Shown in pieces: positions 38,290 through 51,089 of a stretch of DNA of 64,000 bases (positions are counted from its first letter, which is position 1; the number at the start of each line of letters is the position of its first letter). Under the pieces are notes generated by a model. The model worked only from the letters and a program-made list of their open reading frames with translations, was not told the DNA's origin and searched no databases. This DNA is from Neoechinorhynchus agilis (taxonomy: Eukaryota > Animalia > Acanthocephala), in contig CM121341.1 of assembly GCA_051530055.1 (NCBI GenBank), positions 4,752,784-4,816,783 of the forward strand, read 5' to 3'. Made by a program: the position numbers and the translations under genes.

Positions 38290-39060
38290 GTCGAAATCAT
38301 TATTTCGTTTCATTTGGCGTCCAGGCGCTCGGTTCCTCGGCGCGAAGGACCTAGTCAATCAATTGTCGAAAAGAAATTGAGACAAATTACTCCCTAAAAC
38401 GGTGGTGTGAATTATTTCTGCTCTGAGATTAAGTGAACCTTTATAATTTAAACGGTTAAAAGCAATTTCTAAAACTATTAAAATTCTGACTAACACTCCG
38501 TGCCCTAAATACTGTGAATGCGCCCAACATCCTATAACCTAGCAATCTTTGTCGACTCGATGGCTGTAGACCGGACGGTGTCATAGTATTCCCGTGGCGA
38601 GGGAGGCAAATACCTTCTCTGGGACGCCACGCTCACAGCCATCAACATAAAATTCGCCACTATTTAACCGGAGGGGAGCAGCAACCGCCGCTGAGGAGCG
38701 CAAAATGATTAAATACAACGATCTGAGTCGAAATCATTATTTTGTTCCCTTTGGCGTCGAGACACTCGGTTCGTTTGGTACCGCGGCGAAGGACCAGATC
38801 AATCGATTGTCTAAGAGATTGAGACGAATCATTGGCGATCCGAGATCAGGAGCAATCCTCCTACAAAACATAATTCTGGCGCTGCAACGGAAGGGAACGC
38901 TGCCTCCCGTTCCATTTTACCGTTACACCAGGACGGCTCCGGAGTGATCCAGAAAGGCGGTGGCGTGAATGATCTTAAAAAACACTCCGTCTACGCCCTT
39001 AATACCACCGGGAAGTGCACTGTCCAAGGCAGAAAAGAAAGCAGCAAAATACTTCATATT
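38290..39060 (+). mobile_element. mosaic of CRE-clade 3' fragments
   Basis: RPDGVIVFPWR.G..LLWDAT and NHYFVPFGVETLG...LQR motifs; a duplicated partial NHYF..FGV..LG block near 38290. Confidence 0.75.
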
Positions 39061-39230
39061 GGGAGTGTTTCACCGATTTCGTCCGTGAATTAAAAATAAA
39101 CTAATAAAACTCTTCGATTCGTTTGCATTTTTCTGCCACTAGTGAACAAACTTTTTGTTTTTGTTCGAATTTTGCCATCCATCTTAAAGACTAAACTAGT
39201 AAAAGAAGTTATTTCAATTTAGTCTTTTTT

Positions 39231-42200
39231 TCAAAAAATTTCGGTTTGTTTCTTAAATCTGTCGATAATAAGCCGTTTAGCGTTTAGATCCTTTTCGAAT
39301 TTCGTTCGTCTATAGAAGATGGGGCAATCGGAATTATTGCAAATCACTTCTTGTGTCAGACTTCCCTGGCATCGCTGGCACTCGGTCCACATTTTCGAAT
39401 ACTCTATTTCAAGATAATTCAATTCCGCGACTTCTTTTTGGAATATTTCGCCTTTTTTACCCTCACACTTGGAGCACATTGCATCTTTGCATTCTTCATC
39501 AAGACGTCCATTGCATGACAAACAAGATTTGATTCGTTTTGCGAATGCCATTAATCCAGCTGAACTGGACCGATTGGATCCAGAATGCCGTACGGATAGA
39601 GTATGTTCTCCTCTCAGAAGACTGGATTCTGCTTTATCTGGACCAAGTACAGGTTCAAAAACACGAAGCAACGGTTTAGATAGTTGATTATTTAGATAAT
39701 ATTGATAGTCGATTGGAATATCGTGTTCCAGTACATACATGGGATCTTCGGCTTTCATATAAGTTGGATCTTTTTTCGCTCCAGCACATATAACATAAGC
39801 AACACGGTCGCCGAGTTGTGGCGCAGTTCCTGGATCACGCTTCTTCATCTTATGAGCAAGTTCAACGTGAGCTTGTTTAGCTGCGTATTCCTTATCGGTC
39901 TTAGTCAATTCTTTTGTTATTACCAGCTCAGATATATCGATTCGATTGCATAGCAAGTCGGAAATGATGTTTCGGGCGTGCATCAATGCACCACTCGGAT
40001 CACGATCAATCAATAGCTTACGGAGGCAGACTGTAATTAAAGTGGCGACTAATGGACAGTTGTCCCGTCGAACAGTCTCTATCCCCTTTCAACAGAAATC
40101 CTGATCATCCCATTCGATATGCCAAAAACAAATAACAATTCTATACAATTGTTCCTTCGAGGCGAATTGTAACACATTCGAGTTTTATTGAGGCCCTTTT
40201 CCTGAGAAGGAGGCTTGAAAATTCGTAATGAGCAGTTCAATAAAACTCGAGTGTGTTTATTGAAAAATGAAACTGCTCATGTTTGTTGTGTAGTGGCGAC
40301 AAAATTTAGGTAATCTTGATAAAAGCTCTGATTTAAGCCGAAATATTGAAACAAACAATATATTGAGAGAATTGCATTCGGTCTAGTGGATGGATATGTA
40401 GTTATTATTTAGGTCGCGTTAAAGAATGAATATATTTCGATTGCAATGAGTCAGAGTCATTTCATCAACTCAATCTAAAACAAATTGCAGAGGAATTTGG
40501 CACAACACACATCAAATTATTGTCATCGACTGAGAAAATCCTTCGGGTTGATCAAATTTTATACTTTTGGTGAACATAATCCGCCATGTGTGTCCTTTTT
40601 ATAACACGGCTGATAATTTTTGGGCACACAGCCCACCGACCTGGTTTAGAGTAGTAATTCAACTACTCAATGCACTGAACCGGGACGAAATACCTCGTTG
40701 AAGGGAGAAGACTCACCAATGAGAGCCCCGCCTCATCGGGAGGTATCTGAGAATCCAGAGGAATGTACAAACCCTTTTACCGGATGGTTCAGTGTATTGA
40801 GTAATTGAATTACTTCTCTGAACCAGATCAGTGGGCTGTGGGCCAGAAAATTATCAGCCCACACATTGATATAAAATTACCGGCTGGCCAATCTTCATAA
40901 AAGAATATATTGGATTTATTTGAGATATTTCGAAGGAGTTAAACTTCGCCTCTTCAGTCATTGTTTGTTAGTGAGGCAAGGTTACTTCGAAATATCTCAA
41001 ATAAATCAAATAAGTTATGACCGGGGGAGTATGTTCACCAAAAGTTTCCCGTTTTGACTCGCGGGAGCCTGGGATCAGGTGTCGATGAGCGACCTAAATA
41101 AGTACAATCTAATAAGCTGCGTGAAAAGACCTCAATTGTAGTACCTACACGACGAAAACCAAACCACTAAGCTCCATTGTGAAAAAACGAGATGAAGATC
41201 GAAGCAAAGGAGTGCTTTTTACAGAATTCCCTACACCGAATGCAGTAAATCCCACATACAATTTTGAAAGAAGAACAAAAGAACAGAGATTCATCGATTT
41301 AAACTTTTTAGAACTGATGACGAACCCGACCATGTTCCCAAAAACCAATTTTTCTTCTTCGAGTGTCTTGCGCCAATTTTCGAAGATTTTTATTTGCATA
41401 AATAGAGAAAATTGCGAGATTCATGAAAAGGATTTCTGCCTTACAATCCACTTTATCGTAATTATCTGGTTTCGTATAATACAACCCAGCGTATCTTTTT
41501 TTCGAGATGAGTAAATACGGAAAATAGCACTTTTCGAACTCGAGTCGAATCGGATGAGGAAAATTGGAACTGACATATTCGGCAGCCTCTCGACCGAGTG
41601 CCATTGCATCCTTTAGATTTTGAACTCCGAATCGGATCATGACAGAGTCAGTATCTCCATAAATGACGACGGCATCCATTGGATATCCGTTTTGTTTTGT
41701 GTACTTTTGTTCGATTAATCGTCGCGTTTGTATGATCATTTCACGGCCGTAAGCGGTTACGCTCTGTGAAATGTCTAAACACGGTAGTTTTCCCCCTACT
41801 TGTGCTCCAGTGAATCCATAAACGGAATTAGCGCTGATTTTGAGAGCGAGTTGTCGACCGTCTAAAACTTTTTTCCGAAACTCGTCTTTTTCCGTTTTCA
41901 TTGCTTGCTTAGTACGTTTTCTGGCGACCAACAAATCCGATAAGATTTCTGGTAGGAGACCTTTCCTTACGCTGACGTCCACAAATCGATTATTAGTCGG
42001 ACTTTGTTGATATTTGACTTGTTCTCCATGTCCTGAATGAAGAAGGGTCGAGTAGCAGAGATTATGAGCGATCATTACTGACGGGTACAGAGATGAAAAA
42101 TCAAGAGTCGTTATGGGAGTATTGTAATATCCTTTTTGTGGTTCAAGAACTGCCCCGCCAATAAACTCGTCTTCGCCCGGTATTGTGTCGGTTTTAAGTG

Positions 42201-44137
42201 ATGGAATAATAAAATTCCTTTGCTTCGACTTTCTCAACAATTGACTTATGACCTTTATTTGTTGACCGCGCTGGATAAGTTGATTGATTGGAACACTCGT
42301 TACACGACTCATCTCAATGTGGTTGATCAAAATAAGGAGTTTATCGATTAATTTTAAAGGAAGGAGAGCGTCTTTAACACAATAAACGGCCAATCGGCGT
42401 CGAGTGTGTTCATCTCCTCGCTGAAGATCACTGATTGCACTGTGATGAACATCTTCTTTTTGTTCACCAAGAAAATGGTAACTTACAGAGTTCAGAGTGT
42501 ACGACCGTAACTTATGTTCTCTCAGAATAGCCAAGTAAACATCGAGAACTACTCGTCCATCCATTGAAACTAATCGAGTTTCACGGCGACCCATTTGTTT
42601 ACTTTGTATTCCAGTCTTTCGGCAAACTGTTGGTCTTTCCAAGATTCTACCCAAATGAGAAAAATTCTGCAAACGAAGATGCTCGGCTCTACTGATCAGA
42701 TAGGTAAAATCGAAGTTTTGGATGTTATATCCCGTTACCACGTCCGGATCTACGCTTGTAAAGAACTTTGACCATGCTCGTAAGAGTTCCACTTCGGTTT
42801 TGAACGAAAACACTTCAGTGTCAGGAATAGGAGCGCACGAATCAAGAGTAAAGACATTCTTAAACAGAATTTGATCGCTTCCTTGTTCTTTACAAACATT
42901 TGCGATCTGAATAACAGCATCGTGATTCGGTTCAGGAAATATGCCTTTCCGTCCGGCACATTCAATGTCAAAACTAAGAATACGTATAGGCGCTATACGC
43001 ATCCATGGATCCTGATCCGGTCTATGAGCGATTATATCGTCCATATTCACATCAATTTCGATTTGACACCGAGATTGGCGTTTCCGTTCGATTCGTACCG
43101 TGTATTTAGCAGCACTGATTTCAACCCATCCACAAGCTACGAGATCTAAATCAACCAAAAAACGGAGTTCTAGGTCAATGTTAACTTCAAACACAGTGTA
43201 AGGTCGATGTGGATAGTTGCCGATTTTAATACCGTCCTCAAAATATCCACGGCTTGCTGTCATGTACTTTGGTTGGCTAAATGATATTCGAATGAAAGGA
43301 TCGTCTTCACGTGGATGATAATAAAACATGGATTGTTTCCGAACCAATTCGATCCCGATGACCGCTCGCTTTCCATTACCAATAAGTTGATTAAGGTCAT
43401 TCTCCAACTTCTTAAGGTCGTCCAAACAAACATCATCGCCAGGACTATTGATGTAGATCAGCGTTTCTTAAGCTTTTTTTGTGGAGTTGGTGAAATAGCG
43501 AAAAGACAACGGAAAAAAAGACGTTTTTCGCCAAACTGGGAACTTTTTTCGAACTGACCTTCCATAATGATGACTTAATCGAATTGACGGAAATTCTAAA
43601 GTGTGGTATGGTCGCATTCTGGAGAAGTGTCGTTTTTGTTCTCCGTTCATGGACGAACTAACAGGCACGTCGACCAAAACGTTTATACGTTCCAATATCG
43701 ATAATCAAGGTTATTGGTCTTAAAATTGAACAACGAATAACTCAAGAACTATGGCAGCTATCGCAAATCCGAAAACAGATTTGGAATCAGCACAAGTCTT
43801 TCCTTTTTTCTGAATCAGATAAACAAAAACCAACTAACATAATTCTTCAAATCTCTGCACGAATCTTAAGTACCGAAATTAAAGGAATCATTCACTACCT
43901 CGAATAAGAATCACTGTCGTAGACGTAAGGAGCATAAGAATGAACATTAGCAAGAACACTGAATCCTTCGTCGGTCAAACCGAATAATCTGAACACCGTT
44001 TGACTTCTTAAAGAAACCGAATCTTGATCATCAATGTAATAGTCGCACTCAAAATGTTGGAATACCAATGGACGTTGTTGAGCATTCCAATCAGATCGTG
44101 GAGAAGACCGAACGTAAGCACTAATTTCCATATTCAT
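39231..44137 (-). CDS. POLD1: DNA polymerase delta catalytic subunit (exons approx. 44137-43920, 43453-41442, 40087-39231)
   Basis: ExoI SFDIEC, DFSSLYPS, KISANSVYG, YGDTDS, KKRYAG, DCKGIETVRRDNC and C-terminal CysA/CysB motifs. Confidence 0.95.
40560..41045. mobile_element. nested foldback/inverted-repeat element inside POLD1 intron 2
   Basis: Inverted pairs acttttggtgaacata/tatgttcaccaaaagt, about 40607-40680/40786-40859, and gatttatttgagatatttcgaag/cttcgaaatatctcaaataaatc. Related pieces occur near 23210-23275 and 61545-61610. Confidence 0.7.
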
Positions 44138-44539
44138 CTTAAAAGCCAAAACACTTATAATGGTCGATATAATGACCGCCGCTTCTTTCCGCTGCCATAA
44201 TCGTTCGTGTACTCTCTTTTGTTTTGAAATTCTTTTCTCGAGAAATACTCGTGATTTTCAGTGTATACTTTGGATCGGAAGTGGGCTCAATCATTGAAAA
44301 ATTCTTCAAATCTGATCTTCAATCCATTTTGTGAATCATTTAAGCCTGTTTTTAACGCTTATTAAAACTTTGCATCTTAGGCAGTCGGCCGCTTTTTTTG
44401 CTCAATTTTCATTTTGGACAAAAAAGGAGGTTGCGTTCTTCCGTCGATCCGCGCCGATGACGTCATGAGATTTTCTCTTTTATTGTTGGTAAAAAACAGA
44501 GATGTGATTATTTTTTGTTAATTTTTCGCTCTAATGATT

Positions 44540-44700
44540 TTTTGTGACACAAGGGCCGCTGGGATCTTTGGCACGAAGCTTTTGTGCCGAACTCGGACGA
44601 CGACTTGCAGCACAAACAGGGGAGCGACGCGAGAGGATTTTCCTGATCCAAAGAATAAGCCTCGCAATCCAACGAGGAAATGCGGTCAGCGTCCGGGGGC
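44540..44700 (+). mobile_element. short CRE 3' remnant between POLD1 and the lipase gene
   Basis: Encodes GPLGSLARSFCAELGRRL...FLIQRISLAIQRGNAVSV. Confidence 0.8.
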
Positions 44701-44937
44701 GATTTAATCTAAAATTGTCCTTCAAAAAAAGAAACAATAAAAAGATTATTTCCAACTGATGACGTAATTTAAGTTATATTTTTGTACAGGGTTTACAAAT
44801 TAATGAAGTCGCAAAAAATCTTTTTTTGGAGCAAAAAAACGCAAATTTCCACGTGATTAATCGCTTGTTCGTCATGGGCTTTTTTCATAAAGTTTAGCGC
44901 TTGAGCAAAACGAGCTTTCGTGTTCACATCTTTTAAG

Positions 44938-47900
44938 ATGCTTAAAATCTCCTGGTTAATGATGTTTTTTTCGTTGTTTACGATTAAAAGAGTTCCACTG
45001 GTAACGTATCCGGTGATTTTAATACCCGGATACGGTGGTTCCCAAATTGAAGCCAGTCTTAACCGTACAACAACCATTCATTACTTCTGTAAGAAGCAAT
45101 CTGATTGGTTCACTCTCTGGCTTAATATTCCTTTACTCGTCTGGCCTTCGATTGAGTGCTTCGCAGATAATATGATTCTTATTTACGATAAACAAACTGG
45201 TCGAACAAACAATAACGAAGGGGTTAAAACTAGAGCTCCCGGATTCGGCGACACTTCGACCGTCGAATATTTCGATCCCAGTAATATACGATTCTCGTCC
45301 TATTTTGCGCCAATCGTCAATCGACTTGTCAAAAACTTGATGCTCGAACATGAACTCGGACGTTTTTTAGAAAAAATTTTTTTTTGAAAATCAATTGATT
45401 CCTATTCTTTTCGACAAGGCACAACCTCGATAAAAGAGTACAGGATTGCGCCGAAATCAAGTGGAATCAATCGAAATTCCTTTAATTTTTACACGCCAGA
45501 TACAAGCTTTTAAAAATCTCCTTTTCCCCAAAAATCAATCGCTTTTCACCCAATTTTCTAAGTAGCACTCGTGGATGAGATGTGGATTTTTCCTCATTTG
45601 AAGTTTTTCCCCCAAAATCAATCGCTTTTCACCCAATTTTCTAAGTAGCACTCGTGGATGAGATGTGGATTTTTCCTCATTTTAAGTTTTCTCCCCAAAA
45701 TCAATCGTTTTTCGTTATATTTTCTAAGTCGCACTCGTGGATGAGATGTGGATTTTTCCTCATTTGAAGTTTTTCCCCCCAAAATCAATCGCTTTTCACC
45801 CAATTTTCTAAGTAGCACTCGTGGATGAGATGTGGATTTTTCCTCATTTGAAGTTTTCCCCCCAAAATCAATCGCTTTTCACCCAATTTTCTAAGTCGCA
45901 CTCGTGGATGAGATGTGGATTTTTCCTCATTTTAAGTTTTCCCCCAAAATCAACCGCTTTTCACCCAATTTTCTGAGACTCGTGGATGAGATGTGGATTT
46001 TTCCTCATTTGAAGTTTTCCCCCAAAATCAACCGCTTTTCACCCAATTTTCTGAGACTCGTGGATGAGATGTGGATTTTTCCTCATTTGAAGTTTTTCCT
46101 CCCAAAATCAATCGCTTTTCATCCTATTTTCTGAGACTCGTGGATGAGATGTTGATTTTTCCTCATTTTAAGTTTTCCCCCCAAAATCAATCGTTTTTCG
46201 TCCTATTTCCTGAGACTCGTGGATGAGATGTGGATTTTTCCTCATTTTAAGTTTCCCCCCAAAATCAATCGCTTTTCATCCTATTTTCTGAGACTCGTGG
46301 ATGAGATGTGGATTTTCCTCATTTGAGTTTTCCCCCCAAAATCAATCGCTTTTCATCCTATTTTCTGAGACTCGTGGATGAGATGTGGATTTTTCCTCAT
46401 TTGAAGTTTTCCCCCCAAAATCAATCGCTTTTCATCCTATTTTCTGAGACTCGTGGATGAGATGTGGATTTTTCCTCATTTGAAGTTTTCCCCCCCAAAA
46501 TCAATCGCTTTTCATCCTATTTTCTGAGACTCGTGGATGAGATGTGGATTTTTCCTCATTTTAAGTTTCCCCCCAAAATCAATCGCTTTTCACCCAATTT
46601 TCTAAGACTCGTGGATGAGATGTGGATTTTTCCTCATTTGAAGTTTTCCCCCCCAAAATCAATCGCTTTTCATCCTATTTTCTAAGACTCGTGGATGAGA
46701 TGTGGATTTTTCCTCATTTGAAGTTTTCCCCCCAAAATCAATCGCTTTTCATCCTATTTTCTGAGAATCGTGGATGAGATGTGGATTTTTCCTCATTTTA
46801 AGTTTCCCCCCAAAATCAATCGCTTTTCATGATATTTTCTGAGACTCGTGGATGAGATGTGGATTTTTCCTCATTTTAAGTTTTCCCCCCAAAATCAATC
46901 GCTTTTCATCCTATTTTCTGAGACTCGTGGATGAGATGTGGATTTTTCCTCATTTGAAGTTTTCCCCCCCAAAATCAATCGCATTTCACCCAATTTTCTA
47001 AGTAGCACTCGTGGATGAGATGTGGATTTTTCCTCATTTGAAGTTTCCCCCCCCAAAATCAATCGTTTTTCGTCCTATTTTCTAAGTCGCACTCGTGGAT
47101 GAGATGTGGATTTTTCCTCATTTGAAGTTTTCCCCCCAAAATCAATCGCTTTTCATCCTATTTTCTGAGACTCGTGGATGAGATGTGGATTTTTCCTCAT
47201 TTTAAGTTTCCCCCCAAAATCAATCGCTTTTCATCCTATTTTCTGAGACTCGTGGATGAGATGTGGATTTTTCCTCATTTTAAGTTTCCCCCCAAAATCA
47301 ATCGCTTTTCATCCTATTTTCTGAGACTCGTGGATGAGATGTGATTTTTCCTCATTTGAAGTTTCCCCCAAAATCAATCGCTTTCACCATTTTCTAAGAC
47401 TCGTGGATGAGATGTGGATTTTTCCTCATTTGAAGTTTTCCCCCCAAAATCAATCGTTTTTCGTCCTATTTTCTGAGACTCGTGGATGAGATGTGGATTT
47501 TTCCTCATTTGAAGTTTTCCCCCCAAAATCAATCGCTTTTCATCCTATTTTCTGAGACTCGTGGATGAGATGTGGATTTTTCCTCATTTTAAGTTTCCCC
47601 CCAAAATCTTTTCTCTAGACTCGTGGATGAGATGTGGATTTTTCCTCATTTGAAGTTTTCCCCCAAAATCAATCGCTTTTCATCCTATTTTCTGAGACTC
47701 GTGGATGAGATGTTGATTTTTCCTCATTTGAAGTTTTCCCCCAAAAAATCCTTTTCACCCAATTTTCTAAGTAGCACTCGTGGATGAGATGTGGATTTTT
47801 CCTCATTTGAAGTTTCCCCCCCAAAATCAATCGTTTTTCGTCCTATTTTCTAAGTCGCACTCGTGGATGAGATGTGGATTTTTCCTCATTTGAAGTTTTC

Positions 47901-49476
47901 CCCCCAAAATCAATCGTTTTTCATCCCATTTTCTGAGACTCGTGGATGAGATGTGGATTTTTCCTCATTTTAAGTTTTCCCCCAAAATCAATCGTTTTTC
48001 GTTATATTTTCTAAGTCGCACTCGTGGATGAGATGTGGATTTTTCCTCATTTGAATTTTCCCCCCAAAATCAATCGCTTTTCACCCAATTTTCTAAGTAG
48101 CACTCGTGGATGAGATGTGGATTTTTCCTCATTTGAAGTTTTCCCCCCAAAATCAATCGCTTTTCACCCAATTTTCTAAGTCGCACTCGTGGATGAGATG
48201 TTGATTTTTCGTCATTTGAAGTTTTTCCCCCAAAATCAATCGCTTTTCACCCAATTTTCTAAGTCGCACTCGTGGATGAGATGTGGATTTTTCCTCATTT
48301 GAAGTTTTTCCCCCCAAAATCAATCGCTTTTCACCCAATTTTCTAAGTAGCACTCGTGGATGAGATGTGGATTTTTCCTCATTTGAAGTTTTTCCCCCCA
48401 AAATCAATCGCTTTTCACCCAATTTTCTAAGTAGCACTCGTGGATGAGATGTGGATTTTTCCTCATTTGAAGTTTTTCCCCCTAAAATCAATCGTTTTTC
48501 GTCCTTTTTGTTCTGAGACTCGTGCATAAGATGGCAAGGAAAGTGGATTTTTGTGTTCTGACGAACCGTAGATTCCATATATCTCCAACGTTCAAGTCCA
48601 TGTTCGATCCTTAAATTACGAGCGGGGCACTAGTATCCACGGGGCTCCTTATGACTTTCGGAAAAGCCCACTTGAACTTGAAGAATATTTCGCATCTTTG
48701 ACGAAGTTGGTTGAAACTACGTTTGAAGAGAACAACCGCGTTCCCGTGATTATTATGGCTCATAGCATGGGTGGAAACATTGGTTTGTATTGGCTACAAA
48801 AAGCTCGTTCTTCATGGAAATCAAAGTACATTAAATCTTTTATTACATTCGGAACCCCATGGATTGGGGCCATCAAAAGTGTTCGTCTTGTTATTTCCGG
48901 CGATAATATCAATCTGTATGTGGTAAATCCATTAATGCTTACATATGGCGCATGCCTAATGAGTGATTTTTGGGTTTTGAAATCAACTCATTTGTTCGTC
49001 CAATTCAAAGATCACCTAGTACTATTTTTCTTTTTCCTTCTATAAAACATTGGAATAATTCCGACATTATTGTTTCTGCTCTAGGAAAAAACTATACAGT
49101 TCGAGATTATCAAGCACTTTTTGTTGGAATTGGATACGACGACGGGTTCGATATATTCCTCAGATTGAAAGACGAATTTGACCCAAAGGAAGCACCAAAC
49201 GTGGAAACTCACATTATTTACGGAGATCGAGTAGACACCCCTAAACAATATATTTATTCGGTTAAAAGTAAAAATTGGTATGACAAGGTGCCGGTAATTG
49301 TCAATGGCAATGGAGATGGCACTGTTAACTTGGAAAGTCTCACTGCTCCATTCCGATTATGGAAACAAAAGTCTCCTCTGATCCAAGCTAAGATTGATCA
49401 CGCGGAACACCTCGAGATGCTATCGGATGCACGAGTGATCGATTATATCGAAAATCTTATAAGGTCGTATTCATAG
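44938..49476 (+). CDS. PLA2G15: LCAT/group XV phospholipase A2-family enzyme (exons approx. 44938-45339, 48614-48940, 48997-49476)
   Basis: Signal peptide, PVILIPGYGGSQIEA, DWFTLWLN, GAPYDFRKSP, AHSMGG nucleophile, GDGTVNLES and AEHLEML. Confidence 0.9.
45530..48510 (+). repeat. about 78-bp satellite, roughly 38 copies, inside lipase intron 1
   Basis: Unit ctcgtggatgagatgtggatttttcctcatttgaagttttccccccaaaatcaatcgcttttca... repeated with homopolymer length variation. Confidence 0.95.
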
Positions 49477-50089
49477 ACATACTGAAAGTTTTGCACATTA
49501 AATGGGTCTTCAAAAAAATGAGATGGAAACGCTGAGTTTCTTTACAACTGTTCGAATCTAACCCAAAATGCCAAAGTAACATGAAACCTATTTTTAACCG
49601 ATCGCAAAGGCCCTAGTTGTTCGGCTCGAGAACTCGGGATTTTTTATCAATTGTTAACACACCGATGAGCGTTTCCTTCCATGGGTTTGGACTCGACGAT
49701 TTGTGAGACTTGACACAAAAGGCGTCTTTTAAAATCCTGCTGCCTCTTCAACCACAGCTCTCTCTCTTTTTTGTGGAGAAAGTAAAATTGATGATTTTAA
49801 TTCCCCGTTTGTGCTTTTGAGAAATTATCAATGCTGTCAATGACCGTACAAATCGAAATACTCAGCTTAATTAATTTTAAATGATTCTGTTCAAACGAAA
49901 CATTTCGACCTTCAAGAGCGGCACTGCGGTTCTTTTTAAAAAGTATTTTAATAAAAGTGCTCCTGATCGAAGTTTCAAAGACATTCACGTGGTTTGATGC
50001 GTTATTATTTTGGTCGATCATCAACATCCGAGAGATATTTTCTTAAAAAGTCGAATATCCAGAGAAAACCTACACCGACTCAATCAGTC

Positions 50090-50620
50090 GACTTTAACGT
50101 GATTCCTCTCAAGTGTTGATGATGTGGCCACTTGGTCACGTACGTGGGCAAAACAGAAAGGCCACTTCGCCAAAGAGTGGCCGAGCATGTACGAAACTCG
50201 TTGAACCCAAGTGCGCAATCGTATGTGACGACACCGTGGGCGAAACATTATTCGCGAGTCCACCCGGATGGAACAGTTCAGCTGTCCACGCGCATAATGT
50301 ACAAAGCGCAGGATCCCGTCGAACTGTCGATAGCGGAAGCGCTGATCATATCCCGAGAGACCCGGGATCGTGAGGACTCTAGCGGGCATCGGTCGGTAGG
50401 ACACTCATTAACCAGAAGGATGAGTTGTCTGCCGTCATGAATCTAATGTGAACTTCCACTTCACTCGCATTGTAGATTACACCCTGAAGAAGCCGTTGGA
50501 CGGCGAAAGCTAGGTGTTTCAATATACTCTCTTTCAGTCGGATTGTCAATCAAACAATCATCAATAGATAAAACATGCGACTGAACAACCAAGCAGCGCT
50601 TAGTAATCCTAACCTAATCA
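50090..50620 (+). mobile_element. Penelope-like element 3' fragment (GIY-YIG endonuclease plus pLTR)
   Basis: C..C...YVGKTERPLRQRVAEH...AKH...H...EALII. The 3' part is duplicated at about 60745-61040. Confidence 0.8.
50479..50517 (+). ncRNA. minimal type I hammerhead ribozyme motif
   Basis: ACACC-CTGAAGA-A-GCCGT(TGG)ACGGC-GAAA-GCTA^GGTGT. Helix I is ACACC/GGTGT, helix II is 5 bp, and helix III is reduced to the palindrome AGCT. Confidence 0.7.
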
Positions 50621-51089
50621 CACGATATTATTATTTCGATGCGCGTTCCCAATATTTTGGGACAGAGCTAAAAATATAATGAGGACGTGATTTCAAAAAA
50701 ACCGAGAGATGAATTCGTTATTTTATGGTTGATTGCAATTCGCTACAGCCATTAAAGCAGAGTTCGTAGCTTCGTTGATTGTTCTCATATCAGGTTTTTG
50801 TTTCGTTGATTTAGAGGGCTTCCTTCGTACCGCCACGGAAAGTTGAAGTGGAAATTAAAGGATACTCTTTTTCTTGGATGACTTTAAAGATATATCATTG
50901 AGGTCTCGTCGGACTTCTTCAGCTCTATGACGATATTTTGACTTGGTGAATATACTCTCATGGTTAAATATTCTTTTTATTATAGAGAATTATTGTCTGA
51001 GTGCATTTCATTCGAGCTTGGCGACGTTTTCCCCCCTTGCTTACGTCTTTAGTCATATCGCTTGTAAGTTTTAAATGGTTTAAAAATAA

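Noticed and set aside
45530-48510. Arrays (also 34430-35495, 53415-54490, 58262-59136) as CRISPR
   Set aside because: Units repeat in full with no unique spacers, no cas genes are present, and the context is eukaryotic.
45618-48578. Short ORFs in satellites (MDEMWIFPH..., MIKFTFSTG...)
   Set aside because: Translations of tandem repeats that break at homopolymer variants.
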